Shown here: positions 8,375 to 15,704 of the stretch, piece after piece
Position numbering within the stretch: position 1 is the stretch's first letter
Layout: every line of letters starts with the position of its first letter
From: Candidatus Margulisiibacteriota bacterium
GTDB taxonomy: Bacteria; Margulisbacteria; WOR-1; O2-12-FULL-45-9; XYB2-FULL-48-7
Direction: 5' to 3'
Assembly (NCBI GenBank): GCA_041665245.1
Contig: JBAYJF010000001.1
Location: 1-46,855 of the forward strand
DNA: 46,855 bases
Notes under the pieces: model-generated
Told to the model about the DNA's origin: nothing
The model's database searches: none
Seen by the model: the letters and a program-made list of their open reading frames with translations, nothing else
Translations under genes and position numbers: made by a program

Positions 8375-8381
8375 AAATATC

Positions 8382-8885
8382 ATGAACCTAAACGGAAAAG
8401 CACGCCGGCTGCCTCAAAATGATGATATAAATACCGATTACGTCATCTCGGGACGCTATAAGTTCAAGATCCAGGACCCGGTTGAACTGGCGACCCATGT
8501 CATGGAAGACCTGGATCCCGGCTTTTTCAAAAGAGTTGAAAAAGGGGATTTTATGGTCGTTGGCCGCAATTTTGGCTGTGGATCATCGCGCGAACAAGCC
8601 CCGATGGCGATCAAATATGCCAATATTTCCGCGATCCTGGCCAAATCTTTTGCCCGCATCTTTTATCGCAATTGTTTCAACCTAGGGCTCTTAGCGATCG
8701 AATGCGACACTGACGGGATTGACGAAGGCGACCAGCTCGAAGTTGACCTGGACGGCGGCAAGATCATAAATAAAACAAAAAAGACGGAGATCAAGGTAGC
8801 GCCGCTTCCCAAAACTATGCAAACCCTTTTGGCCGACGGGGGGCTGATCGAACATTTCAAAAAGCATCATGGATTCAAAGTTTAG
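8382..8885 (+). CDS. leuD: 3-isopropylmalate dehydratase small subunit
   Basis: The protein from Met52 of the ORF track (MNLNGKARRL...) is 167 aa. It carries the small-subunit motif GRNFGCGSSREQAP. The 51 upstream codons of the ORF overlap the opposite-strand 887-aa gene and are not credible. Confidence 0.85.
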   Translation: MNLNGKARRLPQNDDINTDYVISGRYKFKIQDPVELATHVMEDLDPGFFKRVEKGDFMVVGRNFGCGSSREQAPMAIKYANISAILAKSFARIFYRNCFNLGLLAIECDTDGIDEGDQLEVDLDGGKIINKTKKTEIKVAPLPKTMQTLLADGGLIEHFKKHHGFKV

Positions 8886-9627
8886 CATCCGCGGTTTCAT
8901 TGAGACCTCTTTCCTCGACTGGGACGGAAAAATAACCTCGGTCATCTTTCTCCCCAACTGCAACCTAAACTGTTCCTATTGCAGCAATAGCGTTCTGGTC
9001 AATTATCCTGAAACCCTGCGAGAAATCGATTTTGAGCATATTAAAAGCTTCATTGTTGAGAGAAAAGATTTTATCGATGGGATCGTAATAACAGGAGGAG
9101 AGCCGACCATCCAACCGTGGCTTATCGACTTAATAAAAGAAATAAAAGCGCTCGGTTTTCTGATCAAACTCGATACAAACGGCATTAACCCCAAAGTCCT
9201 CTCCCAGCTCCTAAGCCCTGCCTGCCGGCAGGCAGGTCCGAACTCCGAACTCCCAACTCCCAACTCCCGACTTGTTGATTATATAGCTATGGATGTTAAA
9301 GCCCCGCTAAATGAAAAATACAAAGAAGTCTGCGGAACAGATGTAGACCTGAATGCCATACGGGAAAGCATTAAACTGCTGATAAATTCCGGGATCGAAC
9401 ATGAATTCAGGACAACCGTTGTTGCGGGCAGCCTGGATAATGAAGATATTAAAGAGATCGCAAAAAGCATTGTCGGAGCAAAAAAGTTTGCGCTCCAGCA
9501 ATTTGTTCCCCGGATCGCCGGGGATGAAAAGTTAAGAGAAACCATCCCCCACTCAAAAGAGAAACTGCAAGAAATGGCTAAAATCGCCAAGGAATATATC
9601 CCTAACACCATTGTGCGGGGGATCTGA
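8869..9627 (+). CDS. radical SAM activating enzyme (anaerobic ribonucleotide reductase activase-like)
   Basis: The N-terminal SFLDWDGKITSVIFLPNCNLNCSYCSN contains the CxxxCxxC cluster motif. GGEPT is also present. The ORF overlaps the leuD end by 17 nt. It carries an in-frame palindrome plus heptamer insertion at 9217-9270. Confidence 0.75.
   Translation: MDSKFSIRGFIETSFLDWDGKITSVIFLPNCNLNCSYCSNSVLVNYPETLREIDFEHIKSFIVERKDFIDGIVITGGEPTIQPWLIDLIKEIKALGFLIKLDTNGINPKVLSQLLSPACRQAGPNSELPTPNSRLVDYIAMDVKAPLNEKYKEVCGTDVDLNAIRESIKLLINSGIEHEFRTTVVAGSLDNEDIKEIAKSIVGAKKFALQQFVPRIAGDEKLRETIPHSKEKLQEMAKIAKEYIPNTIVRGI
9217..9236. repeat. copy 1 of the perfect 20-bp palindrome CCTGCCTGCCGGCAGGCAGG, inside a CDS
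   Basis: Exact 20-mer, identical to the copies at 25064-25083 and 29527-29546. Here it is translated in frame as PACRQAG. Confidence 0.9.
9238..9270. repeat. heptamer stutter block (CCGAACT x2, CCCAACT x2, CCCGA) abutting the palindrome
   Basis: Read directly from the sequence. It is translated in frame as PNSELPTPNSR within the radical SAM ORF. Confidence 0.8.
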
Positions 9628-9674
9628 CGCGGCCCTCACCCGGTTTATCATTAAAGTATACTTGACGTTAGCTG

Positions 9675-9750
9675 CCCTCTCCCAGGGGGAGAGGGAATGT
9701 TTGGTTAATTGTTTGTAACACGATACAACCCTTCTCCCTCTGGGAGAAGG
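9675..9750. repeat. two REP-like GC-rich hairpins in the 183-bp spacer
   Basis: Hairpin 1 is CCCTCTCCC-agg-GGGAGAGGG (9675-9695). Hairpin 2 is CCTTCTCCC-tct-GGGAGAAGG (9730-9750). Both have 9-bp stems and the two sequences are related. Confidence 0.7.
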
Positions 9751-9795
9751 TAGTTAACGAGAGGCCTTCTTCAAGAATAATCTGGATGAGGGCTG

Positions 9796-9804
9796 TGTTA
9801 TAAT
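9796..9804 (+). promoter_or_regulatory. extended -10 TGTTATAAT placed 6 nt upstream of the ATG at 9811 (leaderless-type)
   Basis: TG lies at 9796-9797, TATAAT at 9799-9804 and the ATG at 9811. There is no SD. Confidence 0.5.
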
Positions 9805-9810
9805 TACCTC

Positions 9811-10485
9811 ATGTTCTACGATCCAACATTTATATTACTGATCCCCGCTATGCTCCTGGCCATGTATGCCCAATTCAAGGTCAAGTCGACCTATGAAAAA
9901 TATTCGCAAGTAAATTCTTCAAAAGGGCTGACCGGCGCGGAGGCTGCCAGACAGATCCTGGATCAAAACAAAATGTCGAATGTCGGGATTGAATCGACCC
10001 CGGGAGAGCTGACCGACCACTACGACCCCAGAGACCAGAAGCTTTATCTCTCCCAAAATGTTTACGGCAGCCGCTCCGTCGCCGCGATCGGCGTCGCCGC
10101 GCATGAAGCAGGGCACGCCATTCAGGACGTTAAACTATATATGCCGCTTAAGATCAGAAATGGCTTGGTCCCGGTCACAAATCTTGGATCAACGCTCGCT
10201 TTCCCACTGTTTTTAGTTGGGATGTTTGCGAGTATGCCGATCTTTATGGATATTGGAATTATTTTATTCTCGATCGCGGTTGCCTTCTCGCTCGTAACCC
10301 TGCCGGTTGAATTTAATGCCAGCAAGCGCGCAATTGCGATCTTATCAAATGGGATGCTGACCGAGCAGGAAGTCCCGATGGCCAAAGCCGTTTTAAATGC
10401 TGCGGCCATGACCTATGTCGCCTCAACCGCCATGGCCGTCCTCAACCTGATCCGCCTCCTGGTCCTCCGCAACGAAAGGGATTAG
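9811..10485 (+). CDS. membrane zinc metallopeptidase (YugP-like, putative neutral zinc metallopeptidase family)
   Basis: The ORF contains HEAGHAIQ (HExxH), the family-typical LTDHYDP...LYLS segment, and N- and C-terminal transmembrane segments. Confidence 0.8.
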   Translation: MFYDPTFILLIPAMLLAMYAQFKVKSTYEKYSQVNSSKGLTGAEAARQILDQNKMSNVGIESTPGELTDHYDPRDQKLYLSQNVYGSRSVAAIGVAAHEAGHAIQDVKLYMPLKIRNGLVPVTNLGSTLAFPLFLVGMFASMPIFMDIGIILFSIAVAFSLVTLPVEFNASKRAIAILSNGMLTEQEVPMAKAVLNAAAMTYVASTAMAVLNLIRLLVLRNERD

Positions 10486-11393
10486 TGAAACCAATAATCA
10501 TCCTCGGCTCAACCGCCGTTGGAAAAACCAAGCTTGCCATCGAACTCGCAAAAAAGATCGACGGAGAAATAATCTCCGCTGATTCCATGCAGGTCTATCG
10601 CGGTATGGATATCGGAACAGCAAAGCCAACCATAGAAGAACGCCAGGGAATTCCCCATCATCTGATCGATGTCCGCAACCCGGATGAGGAGTGGACCGTC
10701 TCTGACTTCGTCAAAGAAACAAAAAAGCTGGAAAGAGAGATCGTTGCAAGAGGAAAAACGCCTATCATCGTCGGGGGAACGGGGTTGTATTTGCGGGCGC
10801 TGCTCGAAGGCTTTGTTTTTCCAAAAAAGCCGGAAGACAAAGACTTGAGGGGAAAACTTGAGCTCGAAACCACCCCTATTCTCTATTCTCGATTGTCTAC
10901 TGTCGATTCACTTGCCTCCACAAAGATCCATCCTAATGATAAAAAAAGAATTGTACGAGCACTGGAGGTTTTCGAGCTGACTGGGAAAAAGATCTCAGAG
11001 TTACAAGAGAATAGACAGTGGACAGTAGACAGTAGAAAATTGGATCATTCTATTATCGGCCTTAACCTTGCCAGCGAAGCCCTCTACCCTCGCATAAACG
11101 CCCGCGTCGATACAATGATCGAAAAAGGATTGATCGACGAAGTAAAAGGGCTTTTGGCCAAGGGATATTCAAAAGAGCTTCGGTCATTCCAAGCGCTCGG
11201 CTATAAAGAAGCGGTCGAATATCTCGAAGGACGATGGAAGAAAGACAAGATGATCGAAGAACTAAAAAAACGGACCCGCAACTTCGCCCGCCGGCAGATG
11301 ACCTGGTTTAGACGGTTCAAGGATGTTAAGTGGTTCGAGGGCGTTGACAACAAGGCCATAATCGAGCTATATTTAAGTCATGCCAAGAACTAG
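10485..11393 (+). CDS. miaA: tRNA dimethylallyltransferase
   Basis: It has a P-loop (GSTAVGKT), the motifs SADSMQVYRGMDIGTAKP and IHPNDKKRIVRALEV, and collinearity with known MiaA. Confidence 0.9.
   Translation: MKPIIILGSTAVGKTKLAIELAKKIDGEIISADSMQVYRGMDIGTAKPTIEERQGIPHHLIDVRNPDEEWTVSDFVKETKKLEREIVARGKTPIIVGGTGLYLRALLEGFVFPKKPEDKDLRGKLELETTPILYSRLSTVDSLASTKIHPNDKKRIVRALEVFELTGKKISELQENRQWTVDSRKLDHSIIGLNLASEALYPRINARVDTMIEKGLIDEVKGLLAKGYSKELRSFQALGYKEAVEYLEGRWKKDKMIEELKKRTRNFARRQMTWFRRFKDVKWFEGVDNKAIIELYLSHAKN
10876..10910. repeat. pyrimidine-rich heptamer stutter block (5 x 7 nt) inside miaA
   Basis: The five units are CTATTCT CTATTCT CGATTGT CTACTGT CGATTCA. Confidence 0.7.
11007..11041. 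repeat. purine-rich heptamer stutter block (5 x 7 nt) inside miaA, containing words complementary to 10876-10910
   Basis: The five units are GAGAATA GACAGTG GACAGTA GACAGTA GAAAATT. AGAATAG and GACAGTAG are reverse complements of words in the first block. Confidence 0.7.
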
Positions 11394-11454
11394 ACAACAA
11401 GAAATTACCCGAAGACGGAAGGTCAAAAAAGAGGCTCTCCGCAAAAAGGGTAGA

Positions 11455-12663
11455 CTAAGAAAAAGCGCGCGTTAGTTTAACTACGGTTTCCACATGGTCC
11501 GTCTGCGGGAACATATCTATCGGCTGAACTGCGTCGATCTTATAACTATTTTGAATTAACGCCTTCAGATCGCGCGCAAGGGTCTTTGGATTACAGGATA
11601 CATAGATAATTCTTCGCGGCGCAACCTTGATCACCGCCCTCAGTGCCTTCTCGGAACAGCCGGCTCTAGGCGGATCAAGAATAATCACATCGGCTTTTTT
11701 CGGCAGATCCTTCTCAATTTGACCCAAAACCATTTGAATATTGTAGAGCTTATTCAAAAGAATATTTTCCTGTGCATCTTTTACCGCAGAAGCCACTTCC
11801 TCCACCCCTATTATTTGTTTTGCCTTGTCCGAGAGAAATAATGCGATCGGACTTATCCCGGCATAGGCATCAATGACCAGCTCTTCGCCGGTTAGATCGG
11901 CATATTTTTTAACTAGTTTGTAAAGAAGCTTGGCTTGAACAGGATTTACCTGAAAAAACGAATGAAGCCCGATCCGAAATTTAAATCCCCCAACCATTTC
12001 CATAAAAAAGCTTGATCCTAAAAGCTTCGTGTCTTTTTCACCCAAAATTACGTTATCTTTATAAACATTGGCGTTTTGGATGATCCCAACAATTCGCCGC
12101 TTTTCATCAAATTCAGGATAATTTTTCTGGCGCCCTACCTGACGGTGCATTAGCCGCTCCTGCTTCTTGATCTCGTTCGCCAGAGTAAAGCTGGCCGGCA
12201 TACCTTTAGCATTAATAACGATCCCCAGGAGCATCTCCTTCGTTATAAAACTGCTTCTGCCGATGAAATGGCGCACAAGCCCCTTTCCAGAAACTTCGTC
12301 GTAAGCCGTAAGCCCGCGGTCCTCAATAATTTTGAGCGAGATCTTGGCGATCTCGGTCAAAAATGGATCTTGAATATAGCACTCTTTAATGCTGACAACC
12401 TCATGGGTTCCCTTCTTAAAATAACCCATAATGAGCTGGCCATTCTGGCTGCGGATCGGGAACTGCACTTTGTTGCGATAAAACCACGGATTTGACATCC
12501 CCCAGGTACTATTTACCTGAATTCCTTCGACCCCATTTTCAGAAAATGCGCGTTCAACCGCCTGTCTCTTTAGAACAAGCTGTTCATCATAAGGGACATC
12601 CTGCAGCTGGCACCCGCCGCATACCCCGAAATACGGGCATCTTGGTTTAATCTGGTCATTCAT
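11455..12663 (-). CDS. RNA (uracil-5-)-methyltransferase, RlmD/TrmA family
   Basis: The N-terminal Cys cluster is CPYFGVCGGCQLQD. A SAM-methyltransferase core (DAYAGIS, ILDPPRAG) and the conserved C-terminal YVSCNP...D..PQT.H.E pattern are present. There is no N-terminal TRAM domain. Confidence 0.85.
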   Translation of the reverse strand: MNDQIKPRCPYFGVCGGCQLQDVPYDEQLVLKRQAVERAFSENGVEGIQVNSTWGMSNPWFYRNKVQFPIRSQNGQLIMGYFKKGTHEVVSIKECYIQDPFLTEIAKISLKIIEDRGLTAYDEVSGKGLVRHFIGRSSFITKEMLLGIVINAKGMPASFTLANEIKKQERLMHRQVGRQKNYPEFDEKRRIVGIIQNANVYKDNVILGEKDTKLLGSSFFMEMVGGFKFRIGLHSFFQVNPVQAKLLYKLVKKYADLTGEELVIDAYAGISPIALFLSDKAKQIIGVEEVASAVKDAQENILLNKLYNIQMVLGQIEKDLPKKADVIILDPPRAGCSEKALRAVIKVAPRRIIYVSCNPKTLARDLKALIQNSYKIDAVQPIDMFPQTDHVETVVKLTRAFS

Positions 12664-12696
12664 ATATATCTATGATATCATATTTTTGGCTATATT

Positions 12697-13368
12697 ATGG
12701 AAAACCTAGGTAAAAGGATCGAGTTCCATTCCCACTCTATTTTCAGCGATGGAGCATTACTCCCCGCCGGACTTGTTCGCGAGGCTGAAATTAGGGATCA
12801 TATGGCGCTGACTATCTCCGACCACGTTGACGCTTCAAATATTGATGAAACTATCAAGTCCCTGGTCCGCTTTGAGAAAGAAACGCGAGGAAAAAGCCCG
12901 GTCACCTTTATTGTCGGGGCAGAAATAAGCTATGTTGTCCCTTCCCAGATATTAACCTACGCCAAAAAAGCAAAAAAGCTCGGCGCTAAAATAATTATCG
13001 TGCATGGAGAGTCAACTTCTGAAGAAGTTTATCCGGGGACCAACCATGAGGCAGTTTCCGCCAAAGATATCGTAAATATCCTCGCTCATCCGGGAAATAT
13101 TGCAGAGGAAGACGTTATTCTGGCTGCAAAAAACGGGATCTATCTTGAATTATCGGCCAAACATGGGCACAAAGACGGCAACAAACACGTTGCAAAACTC
13201 GCTTTGCAATATGGAGCAAAAATGCTGGTAGATACCGACGCCCATGATGAAAAGGGGTTAATTACCCAGGAACAAGCCTTTCAAATCGCTAAAGATGCAG
13301 GATTATCGGATACTGATGCGGTTAGGACCGTTCGAGATAATCCAATTGAGCTGCTTAAGAAAATCTAA
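12697..13368 (+). CDS. PHP-domain phosphoesterase (possible histidinol phosphatase)
   Basis: The ORF has the HSHSIFSDG PHP motif plus later His/Asp metal ligands (HGE, DTDAHD). It is convergent with hisD and overlaps it by 14 nt. Confidence 0.6.
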   Translation: MENLGKRIEFHSHSIFSDGALLPAGLVREAEIRDHMALTISDHVDASNIDETIKSLVRFEKETRGKSPVTFIVGAEISYVVPSQILTYAKKAKKLGAKIIIVHGESTSEEVYPGTNHEAVSAKDIVNILAHPGNIAEEDVILAAKNGIYLELSAKHGHKDGNKHVAKLALQYGAKMLVDTDAHDEKGLITQEQAFQIAKDAGLSDTDAVRTVRDNPIELLKKI

Positions 13369-14623
13369 CATCGACCGATCTGGCATGTGCATCCAGCCCT
13401 TCGATCTCCGCAAGAAGTTTTATATCTTTCCAGACATTCTTTAATGCCGGTTTTGTGTAGCCGATAATGCTCTGGTGTTTTACAAAGTCGTAAACCCCCA
13501 GCGGAGAAGAAAATCGGGCCGTCCCGCCGGTCGGCAAAACATGGCTTGGTCCGGCAATATAGTCGCCGACCGCAACCGGGGAATGCGGGCCCAAAAAAAT
13601 CGCCCCGGCATTTTTAATTTTACCGAGAACCCTCTGCGGCGCGCCAACCTCAAGCTCAAGATGCTCCGGCGCGATCTGGTTCGCGATTTCAACCGCGTGG
13701 TTAACCGTATCAACCTTAATTAAAACGATCTCCGCCTGTTCGATAATGTTTTTTCTTGATAGATTCTCCATCTGTTTTCGAATTTCAACTTCGGTCTCCT
13801 TGATCAATTTTTCTGATGTCGTGACCAGGACCGAGATCGAAGACGGATCGTGTTCCGCCTGCGCCAAAAGATCGGCCGCCACAAATTCCGGGTCTGCATC
13901 AACATCGGCAATAATTAATACATCCGATGGGCCGGCCAAGCTTTCTATTCCAACCACTCCAAAAACCTCTTTTTTTGCCAGGGTCACATAAATATTACCG
14001 GGCCCTACGATCTTATCCACTTTTGGAACAGTTTCAGTCCCATATGCCATGGCAGCGATCGCCTGCGCCCCGCCGGCATTTACTATTTTTGTGACACCCA
14101 CTTCATTTGCGGCAACAAGAACATATGGGCTTATCGGCGGAGGAGTAGAAATTACAATATCTTTTACGCCTGCAACAGTTGCAGGAATAACATTCATTAA
14201 AACCGATGACGGATAGCGCGCGCGTCCACCCGGAACATAGACCCCCACCGTTTCAAGCGGGATCAGCCGCTGGCCCAAGACGACATCAAGGGGAAGAGTT
14301 TCAAACCATTCATCAACTTTTTGTTTTTTGTGGTATGAAGTAATATTCTGGATCGCTTTTGTAAGCGAATCCAAAAAACCGTCCTGGATCCCTTTGTAGG
14401 CTTCTTTTATCTCCTCCGCCGAAACCATGATCCCCTTGGGAGAAAGGGATGCATTATCAAATTTTTTAGCATATTCGATAAGCGCCTTATCCCCTTTTTC
14501 CCGAACATTATTTATTATCGCTTTTACAGCTGATTCTTCCGGATTATTCCCGGTAAAAGCCTTTTTTTGTACGATCCGGTTCACTTCGGCTTCAATATTT
14601 TCGCTCTGCACGATCTTAAGCAT
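13355..14623 (-). CDS. hisD: histidinol dehydrogenase
   Basis: HisD motifs are present (GGAQAIAAMAYGT, AGPSDVLIIAD, QAEHD, PEHLEL). I prefer the start at Met20 of the ORF (14623), which forms an ATGCTTAA overlap with the stop of the upstream gene. The ATG at 14680 cannot be excluded. Confidence 0.88.
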   Translation of the reverse strand: MLKIVQSENIEAEVNRIVQKKAFTGNNPEESAVKAIINNVREKGDKALIEYAKKFDNASLSPKGIMVSAEEIKEAYKGIQDGFLDSLTKAIQNITSYHKKQKVDEWFETLPLDVVLGQRLIPLETVGVYVPGGRARYPSSVLMNVIPATVAGVKDIVISTPPPISPYVLVAANEVGVTKIVNAGGAQAIAAMAYGTETVPKVDKIVGPGNIYVTLAKKEVFGVVGIESLAGPSDVLIIADVDADPEFVAADLLAQAEHDPSSISVLVTTSEKLIKETEVEIRKQMENLSRKNIIEQAEIVLIKVDTVNHAVEIANQIAPEHLELEVGAPQRVLGKIKNAGAIFLGPHSPVAVGDYIAGPSHVLPTGGTARFSSPLGVYDFVKHQSIIGYTKPALKNVWKDIKLLAEIEGLDAHARSVDVRFS

Positions 14624-15704
14624 TAATAATAGATCCTTTCCCGATAACTGAATTATCCGCCAAAACAACCCCTTCGCCAATTCGTGAATAATCGCCGATC
14701 TCGCAATTTCTGCCGATTATACAGCCATTCATCACAACATGTCTTCCCACTTTGGTCCCCTCCCAAATTATCACCCTCTCCAAGACCGATCCTTCGCCAA
14801 CATAAACTTTTTCTCCAATAGTTGAATAATCTTTTATTCTAACGTCCCGGTCGATCGCCGCGCTTTCTCCAATAATAGCCGGCCCGAGTATTTTTGCAGT
14901 CTTACTGACCTTTGCTCGATCCCCGATCCAGTTTTTTTTATCTATACGCATCCCTTTTAATCTTACGGAAACTTCATTCCGCATGATCGCTTCATGTGCT
15001 TCCATGTATTGTCCCGGCTTTCCGATATCCATCCAATATCTATCCGAAATATAGGCAAACATCGCCTCGCCTCTTTCAAGGAGCGATGGAAAAAGCTCGC
15101 GCTCAAACGAATAGATCGTACCGCGAGGGACCTTTTTGAAAATTGCCGGATCTAAAACATAGATCCCGGAATTTATCGTATTGGCAGAACCAAATTCTGC
15201 CGAACAGGTATTTACCTGCTCCCAACTCGGCTTTTCAAGGAACATGCTGATCCGCCCATCCTTGTCAGATATGATCAAGCCATAGGCCGTTGGATCCTCA
15301 ACCCTTGTCAGCGTCAAAGTCGCTTTCGATTTTTTTCGTTTATGATAATCAACGATCTGGGAAATATTAATATCCGTTAAAATATCCCCATTAAAAACCA
15401 CCAGCGGCTCTTTATCAAAATATTCTTCCGCATTCTTTACGGCCCCGGCGGTCCCAAGAGGGGTCTCTTCAATAGAATAATAAAGTTTTACTCCCAAGCT
15501 TTTCCCATCACCAAGCACATTTCTTATACTATCCTGCATGTAATGCAGATTTAAGATTATCTCTTTAATGCCATGCTGCTTGAGCAGTTCGATCTGGTGA
15601 AGGATAAATGGGCGGTTAGCGACCGGGACGATCGGCTTCGGCGTATTATAGGTCAGCGGGTGGAGCCTCGTCCCTAGTCCGCCGGCAATAATGACCGCCT
15701 TCAA
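14616..15704 (-). CDS. NDP-sugar pyrophosphorylase (mannose-1-phosphate guanylyltransferase-like) with a C-terminal left-handed beta-helix
   Basis: The N-terminal nucleotidyltransferase motif is MKAVIIAGGLGTRLHPLT..PKP. Hexapeptide repeats occupy the C-terminus. Confidence 0.8.
   Translation of the reverse strand: MKAVIIAGGLGTRLHPLTYNTPKPIVPVANRPFILHQIELLKQHGIKEIILNLHYMQDSIRNVLGDGKSLGVKLYYSIEETPLGTAGAVKNAEEYFDKEPLVVFNGDILTDINISQIVDYHKRKKSKATLTLTRVEDPTAYGLIISDKDGRISMFLEKPSWEQVNTCSAEFGSANTINSGIYVLDPAIFKKVPRGTIYSFERELFPSLLERGEAMFAYISDRYWMDIGKPGQYMEAHEAIMRNEVSVRLKGMRIDKKNWIGDRAKVSKTAKILGPAIIGESAAIDRDVRIKDYSTIGEKVYVGEGSVLERVIIWEGTKVGRHVVMNGCIIGRNCEIGDYSRIGEGVVLADNSVIGKGSIINA

Noticed and set aside
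8229-8381. N-terminal extensions proposed by the ORF track for leuD (8229), the EnvC-like gene (19177), ssb (21716), rpsF (22366), rpsR (21091), the outer-membrane protein gene (44343), the PAS protein (37236) and hisD (14680).
   Set aside because: The extensions overlap neighbouring genes and have no similarity to the family N-termini. Internal starts give canonical N-termini or signal peptides with suitable SD or -10 signals.
9632-9793. A 7-bp complementarity (GCCCTCA at 9632-9638 with TGAGGGC at 9787-9793) that might enclose the whole spacer as one large element.
   Set aside because: A 7-bp match at a distance of 150 nt is expected by chance. The pairing does not extend further.
10876-11041. 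The miaA heptamer blocks interpreted as insertions that lengthen the protein.
   Set aside because: The segment lengths between conserved MiaA landmarks (LEG...IHPND...) match E. coli MiaA as I recall it: 41 versus 44 residues and 45 versus 43. The blocks therefore replace or overlay variable loops rather than add sequence. I kept them only as a periodicity observation.
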